Part shown: positions 1-9,694 of the stretch, piece after piece | Position numbering within the stretch: position 1 is the stretch's first letter | Layout: every line of letters starts with the position of its first letter | DNA from: a virus | DNA length: 64,000 nucleotides | Direction: 5' to 3' (one strand) | Virus record (IMG/VR): IMGVR_UViG_3300044833_000092 | Coordinates: 3,541-67,540 of that record | Notes under the pieces: generated by a model | The model's database searches: none | The model's input: the letters and a program-made list of their open reading frames with translations, nothing else | What the model was told of the DNA's origin: nothing | Made by a program: the position numbers and the translations under genes

Positions 1-1515
1 TACGGCGTCGATGAGGCGATCATCACCGGCATGTCAGTTCTCTGGACGGAGATTTTCGTCCACCCCTCGGGCTTCAAGACACCGGGCAGCTTCTTCGACC
101 CCATCCGCAACCTGCTGCTCGATCCTGACGCTAAGCGGGTGCAGGACTGCATGTGGATCGCCAGGGAGTGTGTGCATCCGGTGTGGGAGGTTGAGGACGA
201 GTACGGCTGGAAGCGCGGCACGATGGCGGGCTCATTGGAATCGGCTTCGCGCCAAGCCGATTACCGCAACGATCCGACCGATAGCTACCATCGCCTCCAG
301 GGTCGCACCAACGACTTGATCCGTTATTGGAAAGTTTGGTCGAAGATGGGCATGGGCCAGCGGCTCGAAGGCGCGCTCAAGGGCGGCATGAGCGAGTACG
401 CTGAGGCCCTGGAGCCGCTGGGCAACTTCTGCTACTTGGTCATCGCTCCCAATTACAACTTCCCTCTGAACCTGCCGCCCTGGGTGCTGGAGCAATCGCT
501 CACGGATCAGAGCGTTGTGCAGAAGGCGATTCAGTGGCCCATACCATTCTGGCTGGACAAGGGGGCGTGGCCGTTCTCGGAACTTGCGTTCCACAAGATC
601 AGCGATCGCCTCTGGCCGAAGTCGCACTTGAGCCCGGCACTGGGCGAGTTGAAGTTCATCAATTGGGTGTACTCGCTCCTAATGGGCAAAATCCGCATGG
701 CCAGCCGCGATATGCTGGTGATGCTCCGCGGCATGTCCGACGACGTGAAGAACGCTATTAAGCACGGCCCGGACTACTCGGTTATCGAAGTCGAGAAGAT
801 GAACGACTCGATCGACAAAATCGTCCAGTGGTTGCAGACGCCGAAATTCAATCCCGAAATTTACAAAGTCTTGGACATGATGATGGAAATGTTCGAGAAG
901 CGCACCGGGCTCTCGGACCTGATGTACGGTCAGACGGCCCAGGCGTTCCGCTCGGCTCAAGAGGGCCAGATCAAACAGGCCAACGCCACGGTGCGGCCGG
1001 CCGACATGGGCCAGCAGGTGGAGGATTGGTCGAGCGAACTGGCCCGCAAGGAAATGGCCGCGGCCCGCTGGCAGATTACCGCGCAGGACGTACTGCCCGT
1101 CGTCGGCTCGGCCGGGGCCTGGGTGTGGCAGGAAGCGGTCCTGACCACGCCGCCGGAACAATTGTTCCATCTGTACGATTGCCGTATCGAGGCCGGCACC
1201 ACTCGCCGCCCCGACCGCGACCGCGATATCGAGAACCTCAATAAGGCGATGACAAACCTGTTCTCGCCTTTCTTTACTTACTTCCAGCAATCGATGGACG
1301 CCGATCCGGTCAACGCCCTCATCGGCGCGTGGGCCAAGTCGATTGGCCTGGATGCCGAGAAGTTTCTCTTCAAGCCACCGCCCCCGCCACCTGCTCCCGG
1401 TGGAACGCCGGGCGGTGGACCCCCTGGCCCTCCTGGTGCCGGCGCTCCCCCCAGCGCCGGGCCAGGAGGGCCTCCTCCAGCCGGCGCTGGCGCTCCGGCT
1501 GGTCCACCCCACTAG
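1..1515 (+). CDS. Portal protein (5'-truncated by window edge)
   Basis: Frame open from base 1 (YGVDEAIITGMSVLW...); segments WPKSHLSPALGELKFINW and KRTGLSDLMYG...RSAQE resemble podovirus-type portals; Pro/Gly tail. Confidence 0.75.
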   Translation, partial: YGVDEAIITGMSVLWTEIFVHPSGFKTPGSFFDPIRNLLLDPDAKRVQDCMWIARECVHPVWEVEDEYGWKRGTMAGSLESASRQADYRNDPTDSYHRLQGRTNDLIRYWKVWSKMGMGQRLEGALKGGMSEYAEALEPLGNFCYLVIAPNYNFPLNLPPWVLEQSLTDQSVVQKAIQWPIPFWLDKGAWPFSELAFHKISDRLWPKSHLSPALGELKFINWVYSLLMGKIRMASRDMLVMLRGMSDDVKNAIKHGPDYSVIEVEKMNDSIDKIVQWLQTPKFNPEIYKVLDMMMEMFEKRTGLSDLMYGQTAQAFRSAQEGQIKQANATVRPADMGQQVEDWSSELARKEMAAARWQITAQDVLPVVGSAGAWVWQEAVLTTPPEQLFHLYDCRIEAGTTRRPDRDRDIENLNKAMTNLFSPFFTYFQQSMDADPVNALIGAWAKSIGLDAEKFLFKPPPPPPAPGGTPGGGPPGPPGAGAPPSAGPGGPPPAGAGAPAGPPH

Positions 1516-1524
1516 GAGATTTTC

Positions 1525-1836
1525 ATGGCGGCTCTTACCTCAAAACTGCGGCGTCAACTGGAGTCCGCCTTGGCCGACAAGGCGCTGGCCAAGGAATTGT
1601 CCGATGCCATCGATGTTAATTCGGTCTACACCGGAGCCCCTGCCGCCGGTGCCGCCCAGGCCGCCGTCGTCAACAGCACCGGCGGCGTGGCCAACGGCAC
1701 AATGGCGGCCGTAGGCGTCACGAACACGGGCGACGTGAGTGCGGCGATCAACAAGAACTTCACCGAGCTGTTTAAGTTGCTCGATGCCATTCGCACCGCC
1801 CTGATCGCCAAGGCTGTCATCAAGGGCTCCGCGTAG
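1525..1836 (+). CDS. Small virion protein (head fibre/decoration-like)
   Basis: AGGAG SD; Ala/Gly-rich then amphipathic helix; follows portal. Confidence 0.5.
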   Translation: MAALTSKLRRQLESALADKALAKELSDAIDVNSVYTGAPAAGAAQAAVVNSTGGVANGTMAAVGVTNTGDVSAAINKNFTELFKLLDAIRTALIAKAVIKGSA

Positions 1837-1889
1837 GGCGAAACTCAGGGGTGGTGGATTTCCACCACCCCTGTCCGGAGGGCTATGTT

Positions 1890-2390
1890 ATGGGCAGCTT
1901 GATTGCGCTGATGGAAGAGACGGCGCTGCCGGTCGTCAGCGACGACGTGATGATCCAGGCGGCCTACCTGCAAATGCGCGCCGATGGCGTGACGCACAAG
2001 CTGGCGGAAATGCTGGCCTTGCAAGCGCCGCCCATGAGCAACACCGATCGGGAGTTCCTTGAAGGGACTCAGAATCAATTCGTCGGCGATGAAAAGACTG
2101 GCGACCTGTTCAAAAAAATTGCCAATCGCCGCGGCGTGAGCGTTACCGGCAAGCACTACGTTGGCGGCTTGGCAAAGTTCCCAGGTGATCCAGAGGCATG
2201 GGTCGGCAGCCGCGGCGACGTGAAGCGGGTATTGGAGGATCGCGGCTGGGGCTCGGAGGGGGCCGTCAACGTCGAGCCCAGGATCAAGCCGGTCAAAAGG
2301 GAAATGCAACTGCCCAAGGCTCTCAAGGGCGGCCTCAAGGGCCGCTTGCGTAAGAAGGGCCTGGGTTCGGATATTCTTGGAGACGGATAA
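1890..2390 (+). CDS. Hypothetical phage protein
   Basis: GGAGGG SD before ATG 1890; tightly packed with the next gene. Confidence 0.7.
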   Translation: MGSLIALMEETALPVVSDDVMIQAAYLQMRADGVTHKLAEMLALQAPPMSNTDREFLEGTQNQFVGDEKTGDLFKKIANRRGVSVTGKHYVGGLAKFPGDPEAWVGSRGDVKRVLEDRGWGSEGAVNVEPRIKPVKREMQLPKALKGGLKGRLRKKGLGSDILGDG

Positions 2391-2392
2391 TC

Positions 2393-3526
2393 ATGCTCAC
2401 CGCCGGCGACGTGGTAAACCGTTTGATCGATTACGTTGGCTCCAATCAGGCCAGCGACGGCTTGGCCCTCAGCAAGGCTCGCAGGGCCATGCAGGATGCT
2501 GTGCGCGTATTCTCCGGCATGTACCATTGGAACTGGTTCAAGCAGATCGGCAGAATCGACCTGCTTGCTTGGCAGGATTCAGGCACGATTGCCTACGATC
2601 CAACAGTCAACATAGTTACCTTGGCCGGGGCGACTTGGCCGTCTTACGCTGCGAGTGGAATGTTACGCAACGGCTCAGTCGTCGCTCGCGTTTCGAGCTT
2701 GATCGATGCGACGCATTTACGACTCGATCCGAATTACACTTTCCCTTCTATAGTCGCCGGCGGCGCAGCGTACCGCCTATACTTCGATCGCTACCATCTA
2801 CCAAGCGACTTCGCCGCCATGTTGACGCCCTACCGCGAGGATTGGTGGGGAGGCTTGCGGTACACGCCGCCGTCGGGCTGGCTCTACGGCACCCGCGGCG
2901 ACGACACCACCGGCATCCCGGCCACCTTCACGATTATGCCGAGTCCAGCGGGCGGCTTCGATCTGCTGGTGCGGCCAAGTCCAAACGAGTCGCGTACACT
3001 GGATTTCGTTTATTGCCGTTCCATGCGGCCGGTGCAGTTTGACGTGGGCTTGAACCAGGGGACGCTGACCGTGTCCAACGATGGGCTCACCGTCACCTGC
3101 ACCAAGAGCTTGTTCATGCCGGCGATGATCGGCTCAATCATCCGCATCACCAACAACGCCTTGGTTCCGGAGTTGCGTGGCGTCGTCATTCAAGAGACGC
3201 CGATCGCGGCCGTGCCCAGCGCCACGAGTCTGACGCTCTCGTCGCCGTGCCCCCTGGTGAACACCGCCGGCCTGGGATACACTATCTCCGATCCGATCGA
3301 CGTAGAACCCCTGGCAATGGCGACGTGTTTTCAGTGGTTGGCCATGCGGACCTTGGCTGTGGAAACCGGCAGCAAGGCGTCTGCGGCGATCGCGGCCGAG
3401 TTCGATGATAGCCTCAATACCGCCAAGTGCGCCGACGCCCGCTATGCCGGGCCGGACAGGGCAGGGCCACGCCACGGCGGTCTTGCGAATCGCTGGCAGG
3501 GACCGAGTGTCACAGAGGTTATGTAA
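2393..3526 (+). CDS. Head-tail adaptor / tail tubular protein A-like
   Basis: N-terminal helices ...FSGMYHWNW, RYHLPSDF, VRPSPN...LDFVY pattern of podovirus adaptors; position after portal. Confidence 0.6.
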   Translation: MLTAGDVVNRLIDYVGSNQASDGLALSKARRAMQDAVRVFSGMYHWNWFKQIGRIDLLAWQDSGTIAYDPTVNIVTLAGATWPSYAASGMLRNGSVVARVSSLIDATHLRLDPNYTFPSIVAGGAAYRLYFDRYHLPSDFAAMLTPYREDWWGGLRYTPPSGWLYGTRGDDTTGIPATFTIMPSPAGGFDLLVRPSPNESRTLDFVYCRSMRPVQFDVGLNQGTLTVSNDGLTVTCTKSLFMPAMIGSIIRITNNALVPELRGVVIQETPIAAVPSATSLTLSSPCPLVNTAGLGYTISDPIDVEPLAMATCFQWLAMRTLAVETGSKASAAIAAEFDDSLNTAKCADARYAGPDRAGPRHGGLANRWQGPSVTEVM

Positions 3527-3527
3527 C

Positions 3528-3998
3528 ATGGCGAAGAAATCAGCCGTTCACGCGCCAGAGCCCGAGCCTGAATTTGATCCCGAGCTTGAGCCCGAGTCCG
3601 AGCATGAGCCTATTCCCGAGAGCGAGGTTGCGAACGTCACCGTTCCTGATCCGCCGCCAGTGCCAATGACCGGCAAGAAGGTTCGCCCCAAGCCGTTCAG
3701 CGCCGAGCGGCACAAAGGGTTCGCCGGCACGCTTTGCATAATGGCGCAGTCGATCGGCGAAATGCAAAAGACAATCACCGAACATTACCCGAGCAGCACC
3801 GAGCCGGTGCGGGCGGTGCGTGAATTTATCCGCAGCTTCAACAAACTGCGGGCCGGGTTAAATTCCAAATACTTCAGCGAGGGCCAATCGTCGGATGGGC
3901 TCACGCCCTATTATCCTCCCGGTGGCCCGATCCTCAACGTGAGCAGCGGCGAGGCCGCCGCGGCCGACTCGGCCGCGGACGATCCGTTTGGAGGTTAG
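3528..3998 (+). CDS. Hypothetical protein with EP-rich N-terminus
   Basis: GAGG SD, ATG one base after the upstream stop. Confidence 0.6.
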   Translation: MAKKSAVHAPEPEPEFDPELEPESEHEPIPESEVANVTVPDPPPVPMTGKKVRPKPFSAERHKGFAGTLCIMAQSIGEMQKTITEHYPSSTEPVRAVREFIRSFNKLRAGLNSKYFSEGQSSDGLTPYYPPGGPILNVSSGEAAAADSAADDPFGG

Positions 3999-4000
3999 CC

Positions 4001-4183
4001 GTGACGCAAGAAAAGACTGCCTCAAAGATTCAGATGCGCGACTTCGCCGGCTTGGTCCTGAACATCGACCCGGCCGACGTGAGGCCGGGTACGTCCCAGG
4101 AGCAGACCAATATCACCTGTGCCCGCCCGGCGATGCTGGAGCTTCGCGCTGGCGTCATGCCTGTTCGTTATGAGGACCAGTAG
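4001..4183 (+). CDS. 60-aa protein resembling the N-terminal segment of nozzle/stabilisation proteins
   Basis: GGAGG SD; RDFAGLVLNIDPADVRPG...Q.N...LELRAG pattern. Confidence 0.55.
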   Translation: MTQEKTASKIQMRDFAGLVLNIDPADVRPGTSQEQTNITCARPAMLELRAGVMPVRYEDQ

Positions 4184-4185
4184 TC

Positions 4186-4491
4186 ATGTTCATCGGTTTC
4201 TCGCTTCTCAACGGCACGCTGCCCGATTGGCTGCAAGTCACCGATGCGAGCGGCACGCCGCTCGCGGCCGACGCTCCGCCGACCTATCGGGTCTTCTCGC
4301 CCGCCGGCGTCGAGCTGATACCGGCGGCTGGCGTAACGTCGGCGATCGGCGGAGCCACCGGCTTGTATCTGACCAGCGTTCCGCTGCTGGATTCATCTGG
4401 CTTCGAGATGGGCGAACGCTTCTATATCCTGTACTCATGGACCCTGGCGGGCGTCGCCAAGGTCGATGGCAGGACGTTTGGGGTCGTGTAA
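4186..4491 (+). CDS. Small beta-rich virion protein
   Basis: Coupled start/stop; shares DA.PT..V(Y/F)..AG with the next gene. Confidence 0.6.
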   Translation: MFIGFSLLNGTLPDWLQVTDASGTPLAADAPPTYRVFSPAGVELIPAAGVTSAIGGATGLYLTSVPLLDSSGFEMGERFYILYSWTLAGVAKVDGRTFGVV

Positions 4492-4934
4492 TGCCGGCGT
4501 TGCTGTCTTTTAAGCGGACCGGAACAAGATGGCTTGGGACGCACCAATTGGGCGACCGTCTCGGCTTGGCGCTGGTATGCACCAACGCCGGCATTCCGGC
4601 GCTGCCCGATGCCGCTCCGACCGCGGCCGTCTACGACTCCGCCGGCCGCCACGTCGTCACCTATTCCATACCGCCGGTGCGCACCGAGGACGCCATGTTT
4701 GCCAGGGCGATCCACCTGGGCCGGCTCTACGTCATCGGTCGTTACGCCGCCCGCCTCTCCTACGCTGTCGCCGGGTTGCAACGGGTCGGATTGGTCGTCT
4801 TCGACGTTGTTGCCGGCGGCGATCCGGCTGGAGCTGTGATAGCCGGCTATCCTTTCCACCGGCCCCAGGGTGAGTTTCACGTTCTCGATCTGGACTCCGG
4901 CGAATTGGTCCGGGGTCGAAACCCGTTCGTCTAA
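4491..4934 (+). CDS. Small beta-rich virion protein, probable paralog of 4186-4491
   Basis: TAATG overlap; PDAAPTAAVYDSAG. Confidence 0.6.
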   Translation: MPALLSFKRTGTRWLGTHQLGDRLGLALVCTNAGIPALPDAAPTAAVYDSAGRHVVTYSIPPVRTEDAMFARAIHLGRLYVIGRYAARLSYAVAGLQRVGLVVFDVVAGGDPAGAVIAGYPFHRPQGEFHVLDLDSGELVRGRNPFV

Positions 4935-4946
4935 AGGAGCTTCCCA

Positions 4947-5519
4947 ATGGTATCCGACCTTCCTGTCCTTCCGCCCCCTTCCATGCGCTGGCGCGGGGCC
5001 TACCTGTTCGACGTTCTTGCCCCGAAGCGCAAGAGCGGCACCCAAGAACTGCTTCGCACCTGGCGCAGGACGCATAAGCTGTTCGATCCCGAACTGATTG
5101 TGCCCAACGGCGTGACTGACCTGGGCATCAACGACAACGAGAACGTCTACTTCGCTGGCAGCACCCAGCGGAGCCCGTGGTACTTCGGCCTGATTGACAA
5201 CGCCGGCTTCACGGCGCTGGCCTCCGGAGACACGTCAGCTTCGCACGCCGGTTGGACAGAGTTCACAACCATCGTGGAGGCTAACCGTCAGGCGTGGTCT
5301 GTGGGTGCCGCGGCCGCCAAGACTATCACCGGCACCGCCAGCTCAGTGTTCACGATGGCCGGGGCCGCGAACATTAAGGGGGCGTTTCTGATTAGCAATA
5401 ACACGCTGGGCGGCAGCACCGGCATGTTGTGGTCCACCGGAGCTTTCGGTGTGGTTCAGGCTTTGGTGACAAGTCAGGCATTGCGCGTAAACTATACACT
5501 GACCGGAGCCTCGTCGTAG
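4947..5519 (+). CDS. Tail-fibre-associated virion protein
   Basis: AAGGAG SD; WYFGLI...HAGWTEF...IKGAFL...GMLWSTGAF pattern seen in phage fibre-type proteins. Confidence 0.6.
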   Translation: MVSDLPVLPPPSMRWRGAYLFDVLAPKRKSGTQELLRTWRRTHKLFDPELIVPNGVTDLGINDNENVYFAGSTQRSPWYFGLIDNAGFTALASGDTSASHAGWTEFTTIVEANRQAWSVGAAAAKTITGTASSVFTMAGAANIKGAFLISNNTLGGSTGMLWSTGAFGVVQALVTSQALRVNYTLTGASS

Positions 5520-5572
5520 GGGTGGTGGATTTCCACCACCTAGGCTATTGCGGCGCACCAATAGGAGGCAGA

Positions 5573-6319
5573 GTGGCACGGGTCAAAGCTATCGTCATCT
5601 GTACGCCGTCGCTGGGCGTCGTGTCGTTCTGGTGGGCCAGACAGATGATGAGTCTGGTTCACCCGCTCAACATCGGCAAAAAATTTGCGTTCGTCCAAGA
5701 CGACGGCGACAGCGGTGTAGCCGATACGCGCAACCAAATCGTCCATGACGTGCTGCGGATGGATAACGATACACTGGAGGTTGATTCGCTGTTTTGGGTG
5801 GACGATGACGTGCTGGTCATGCCGGGTGCGCTACTGGCCCTGTACAATCATCACGTCCCGATTGCCTCGGGCGTTTACTTTACCAAGTGCGAGCTGCCGG
5901 AGGCCCTGATCTTTCCAGGGCGATTGCACGGCACGGCCAAGTTCTATCCGAACGAGATTATCCGCGACGGCTGGGGCCACGGCATGGGCCTATGCCTCAT
6001 TAAGGCCGACGTGTACCGCAAGATGGCAGCGGCTGGCCTGGGAGTCGATCGTCACGGCAAGCCTGAGTGGTACAAGACCAGCAGCGACTTCAAGCTCGAA
6101 GGCAGCATGATCGACTGTGGCGGCACGGAAGATTTGTTCTTCCTGAACCGTGCCGGCGAGCTTGGCTACAAGACGGTCATCGATTGCACCAAGCACGCCT
6201 TTGGTTGGCACTACGACCTGAAAACTGGCCTGGGCTATCCTCAGAAGCAGTTCAACCAATGGGCGCATTGTCAGCCAATCGCTTGGGAAACCAACGACGG
6301 TCCTGTAACCTGGGAGTGA
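5573..6319 (+). CDS. GT-A fold (family 2-like) glycosyltransferase
   Basis: GTG start after AGGAGG; TRNQIV, LFWVDDDV (DxD), GMGLCLIK, TEDLFF motifs. Confidence 0.75.
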   Translation: MARVKAIVICTPSLGVVSFWWARQMMSLVHPLNIGKKFAFVQDDGDSGVADTRNQIVHDVLRMDNDTLEVDSLFWVDDDVLVMPGALLALYNHHVPIASGVYFTKCELPEALIFPGRLHGTAKFYPNEIIRDGWGHGMGLCLIKADVYRKMAAAGLGVDRHGKPEWYKTSSDFKLEGSMIDCGGTEDLFFLNRAGELGYKTVIDCTKHAFGWHYDLKTGLGYPQKQFNQWAHCQPIAWETNDGPVTWE

Positions 6320-6322
6320 GCA

Positions 6323-6853
6323 ATGGCGACCAAGAATCTGGAGAATTTTGAGACGCCCGGCGTCGTCGCTTGCACTCAGACTTCCCTGGGCATTGGCTCG
6401 TCGCGCGAATCGGCCGTCATCGACAACTCGGCGCTGCAATTTCTTGACGACGTAATTACGCTGACATTTACTATCGCCAGTGGCACGCCGTCTACGTCGG
6501 GGGCCAGTGTCAACATCTATGTCGCTGCCTCGCCGGATGGCACGCTGTTCCCAAGGGTCCAACTGCTAACCGGCGCTCCATTTCAGACTGGGGCTGGCGA
6601 CGCCTCGGTCGGAGCCTTGGGAGCGCCGAACAATTTGCGGATGATTGGCTCGTTCGGCTTGCAAACCACTGTTAGCGTTGGCGAGCGCACGTTTACCACT
6701 GAGCCCATGTCGGTCATGCAGGCGCTCGGCTACCTTCCCAAAAAGTACAGCATTATCATTGAAAATTCGACTGGCGTGGTGTTCTCTTCGTCCACCACCA
6801 CCACGGCTCAGAATCTGAACCACTCTCCGCTTTCGACCACCAGCGGCAACTGA
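6323..6853 (+). CDS. Beta-rich virion protein
   Basis: GGAG SD; Ser/Thr/Gly-rich beta-strand pattern in the virion module. Confidence 0.55.
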   Translation: MATKNLENFETPGVVACTQTSLGIGSSRESAVIDNSALQFLDDVITLTFTIASGTPSTSGASVNIYVAASPDGTLFPRVQLLTGAPFQTGAGDASVGALGAPNNLRMIGSFGLQTTVSVGERTFTTEPMSVMQALGYLPKKYSIIIENSTGVVFSSSTTTTAQNLNHSPLSTTSGN

Positions 6854-6860
6854 GGGCTCT

Positions 6861-8423
6861 ATGGTCCCGCAGGCGCTGCTTGTGGCTCCGCCAGTCAGTG
6901 TTGCCAGCGGCACGCTGGTTGGCATTGTTTCGTTCAGGGACAACTTGCGCCATCGCGTTGGCGGCGTGGTCGTCGGCGTCGTGGGCGGCACCACGGACCC
7001 GACGAGCGTAACGGACGATCAGAACAACCTCTACACGATGGTCACGTCCGCGAACGCCAGCGGAGCCATTCGTTCGTCCCTGTGGTATTGCCAGAGGATT
7101 TTCGGTTCTCCTAAGAGGATTACGGTCAAATGGCCCAGTAACGGCGCGGCCATTGTGCTGTCGGCTGTCTTTACCGATCAGCCGCTCCTGGTCACAACCT
7201 CAACAACCAATGCTGCAAACACAGGATCGTTGACGGTTGGTCCCTTGGCCGCCTCGAAGTCCGGCGAGGAATTAGTGTTCAGTGTCTGCGCCAGCAGCGG
7301 CAACCTCAACGGCGGGCCGGCAGGCTTCGTGTCTGTCAACCAGAGTGTCGCCGGTGGCTTCGGCTATGCGCTGCCGCCGAAGCGCGTCGCTACTTGGACC
7401 AATTCAGTTTCTGTTATCACCACAGCCTGTATTGCTTCCTTCCGGGCAATCCCGGTCGCAACCAATCCGTGGGCTTTCGATCCGATCGTCAAGTTTTCCG
7501 GCGGTACGCCGCCGGCTCCGCTGACAGCCTCGTACGCCGGAACGCTCACTTGGACCGGCACTTTTGTCGTTACCGGCGTCGATGCGCCATTTGGCACCAC
7601 GCTGACCTGGATGGCCACGGCGCTGCCGACCGGAGAGGACGTGGCCTATTCGGTCCTGCTCACTTGGACCGGCACGTTCGTCCTGGCCGGCGTTGATGAC
7701 TTCGTTGGTCACACGCTCACTTGGACCGGGACATTCCTGGCGGTCGGATTGGATGCCACCTGGGCAACCACGCTCACCTGGACCGGAGTGGACGCGGCAA
7801 CCGGGATCGATGAACAACCCCTGGTGACTACCTTGACTTGGACCGGGGCGTTCGCCATCACCGGCATCGATGCCACCTGGGCAACCACTCTCACTTGGAC
7901 CGGGGTGGACACAGCAACCGGCATCGATGAACAACCCTTGGCCGATACTCTTACCTGGACCGGCGCAGAAGTGGCCACTGGCGTCGATGCTCATTGGGCC
8001 ACTACCTTGACGTGGACCGGGACGTTCGCCGCCACCGGCGTCGATGCGCGGTTTGCCCATACGCTCACCTGGAGCTGGCTCATCGAGGCTAACCGTGCCG
8101 CCGAGTCCGCCGTATTTTCCCTGTTGCTCTGGAGCGACCATTTTAGCTTCGACCAGGCTCCGCGCGTGATTCTCAATTGGTTCGATAGCTTCGACATTCC
8201 AGGCGTAGTGCGGCCGCCGGCCTCGGCGTCGTTTGCCGATACGCTTACCTGGACGGAGGCGGCCGGCAGCGACTTGTCATGGTTCGATCGTTTGACGTGG
8301 ACCTCAGACCTGGGAAACCCGGTGTCGTCGGCGTTTTGGAGCGACACCTTGTTTTGGCACGACGCCAATGGCGGCTTCGATCCCAACGTCAACCTGCTTT
8401 CGACGGGCCGATACCGTCGCTAG
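6861..8423 (+). CDS. Fibre-like virion protein with TLTWTG repeats
   Basis: About ten 19-20 aa TLTWTG...G.D repeats; C-terminus FDPNVNLLSTGRYRR. Confidence 0.65.
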   Translation: MVPQALLVAPPVSVASGTLVGIVSFRDNLRHRVGGVVVGVVGGTTDPTSVTDDQNNLYTMVTSANASGAIRSSLWYCQRIFGSPKRITVKWPSNGAAIVLSAVFTDQPLLVTTSTTNAANTGSLTVGPLAASKSGEELVFSVCASSGNLNGGPAGFVSVNQSVAGGFGYALPPKRVATWTNSVSVITTACIASFRAIPVATNPWAFDPIVKFSGGTPPAPLTASYAGTLTWTGTFVVTGVDAPFGTTLTWMATALPTGEDVAYSVLLTWTGTFVLAGVDDFVGHTLTWTGTFLAVGLDATWATTLTWTGVDAATGIDEQPLVTTLTWTGAFAITGIDATWATTLTWTGVDTATGIDEQPLADTLTWTGAEVATGVDAHWATTLTWTGTFAATGVDARFAHTLTWSWLIEANRAAESAVFSLLLWSDHFSFDQAPRVILNWFDSFDIPGVVRPPASASFADTLTWTEAAGSDLSWFDRLTWTSDLGNPVSSAFWSDTLFWHDANGGFDPNVNLLSTGRYRR

Positions 8424-8456
8424 GGAGACAGGTGGTGGAAATCCACCGCCCTTGAA

Positions 8457-9374
8457 ATGGCGCTCCTTCCCGTACAAGCCAGCGTGGGCACCACCGGCAC
8501 CGGAACGGTCCGACCGACCGTCTTTCCGTCAACGGTGACGAGCGGCAATGGCGTGGTGGTTCTGGTGTCCTATGGTGCCAATACCTTAACGTCGATCACC
8601 GACACTGAGGGCAACGCCTATTTGCTGGCCGGCGTCGGTAGCTTCTTCGGAGCCGATCTGGCGGCCATCTACTATTGCGCCAACGTCACCGGCGGCCCGG
8701 TCTTTACGGCTACGGCCCACTTCTCTTCTTCAACGCCAGCCGAAATTATTGCCTTCGAGGTTCCTGGCAACCTGACTCTCCAGGCCGCCAATGCGTCCGC
8801 CGGCAACAGCGTCAATCCCGCTCCAGGCGCGGTCAACACTGGAGTCGTCAATACGCTTGTCTTTGTCGTTCTCAACAAGACCGGCTCCGTCATTACGCCG
8901 CCGGCTGGCTTCACCGAGGCTCGCAACACTGGCACGTCAGACGCTGCCTATAACCCCTATGCCACCGTGCAGGTGGGGCTCGATCCGCCCTGGTCAACCA
9001 CGGCCGGCACGCCCTGGGCCGCGGCGATCGCAGCCTTCTCGTCCACCGCAGGCGTCGGGCCGGCAACCGGCTTGGTGTTTGGAAACCTTACATTCTCGGG
9101 CTCATTCACCTTTGAGCCCGTCCTGGGCAACCTGCTGCGCTGGACGGCCTTCTTCGTCACCGGCGCTCCGATTGTGGCTAACGCTTCTTGGAGCGACACT
9201 TTGACCTGGAGCGTCAGCGCCATCAACGACTTGAACCTCAAGGATTTCATCCTGTGGACCGGGGCTAAGTTTGGCTTGGCCGAGTCGTACGACCGCCTGA
9301 CTGATACACTCTCATGGGCAGGGCGGTTCGAGCCAGACGTGAACTTGCTGGCGGCCGGCAGGTACAGGAGGTAG
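8457..9374 (+). CDS. Fibre-like virion protein, paralog of 6861-8423
   Basis: TSITDTEGNAY vs TSVTDDQNNLY; DTLTW repeats; C-terminus FEPDVNLLAAGRYRR. Confidence 0.65.
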   Translation: MALLPVQASVGTTGTGTVRPTVFPSTVTSGNGVVVLVSYGANTLTSITDTEGNAYLLAGVGSFFGADLAAIYYCANVTGGPVFTATAHFSSSTPAEIIAFEVPGNLTLQAANASAGNSVNPAPGAVNTGVVNTLVFVVLNKTGSVITPPAGFTEARNTGTSDAAYNPYATVQVGLDPPWSTTAGTPWAAAIAAFSSTAGVGPATGLVFGNLTFSGSFTFEPVLGNLLRWTAFFVTGAPIVANASWSDTLTWSVSAINDLNLKDFILWTGAKFGLAESYDRLTDTLSWAGRFEPDVNLLAAGRYRR

Positions 9375-9376
9375 GC

Positions 9377-9580
9377 ATGGTCAGCGTTGAAGAACGCATA
9401 CGCCAGCTCAAACAGGTGCCGCTTCTGGAAATCGAAATCGCCCGACTCAAGATTGAACTTGCCAGGGTGCAGCAGCGCCGCTGCGAGCTATGCCGGGAAA
9501 ACCAACAGCTCAAGACAGGTGGTGGAAATCCACCACCTGCTTCCCTTCGTGAACGAACGACGATGGCGGAGAATTTGTAA
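9377..9580 (+). CDS. Small coiled-coil protein containing motif A in frame
   Basis: AGGAGG SD; heptad-like IRQLKQ..LEIEIARLKIELARVQ. Confidence 0.55.
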   Translation: MVSVEERIRQLKQVPLLEIEIARLKIELARVQQRRCELCRENQQLKTGGGNPPPASLRERTTMAENL

Positions 9581-9694
9581 TGGGAAAAGGCCGTCCGCAC
9601 AACTTGGTTAACTTCAGCACGGACGAACTTATCGCCGAAATTAGAAAGCGAGGGGTGGAAAATTCCTAATTTATTTGCTGAAACCCCGGATGAC

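Noticed and set aside
7540-8075. Repeats as a DGR template/variable pair
   Set aside because: Protein-level tandem repeats with synonymous drift; no reverse transcriptase seen and no adenine-specific pattern noticed
9651-9668. GGGGTGGAAAATTCC as a motif A copy
   Set aside because: Too degenerate; right arm missing
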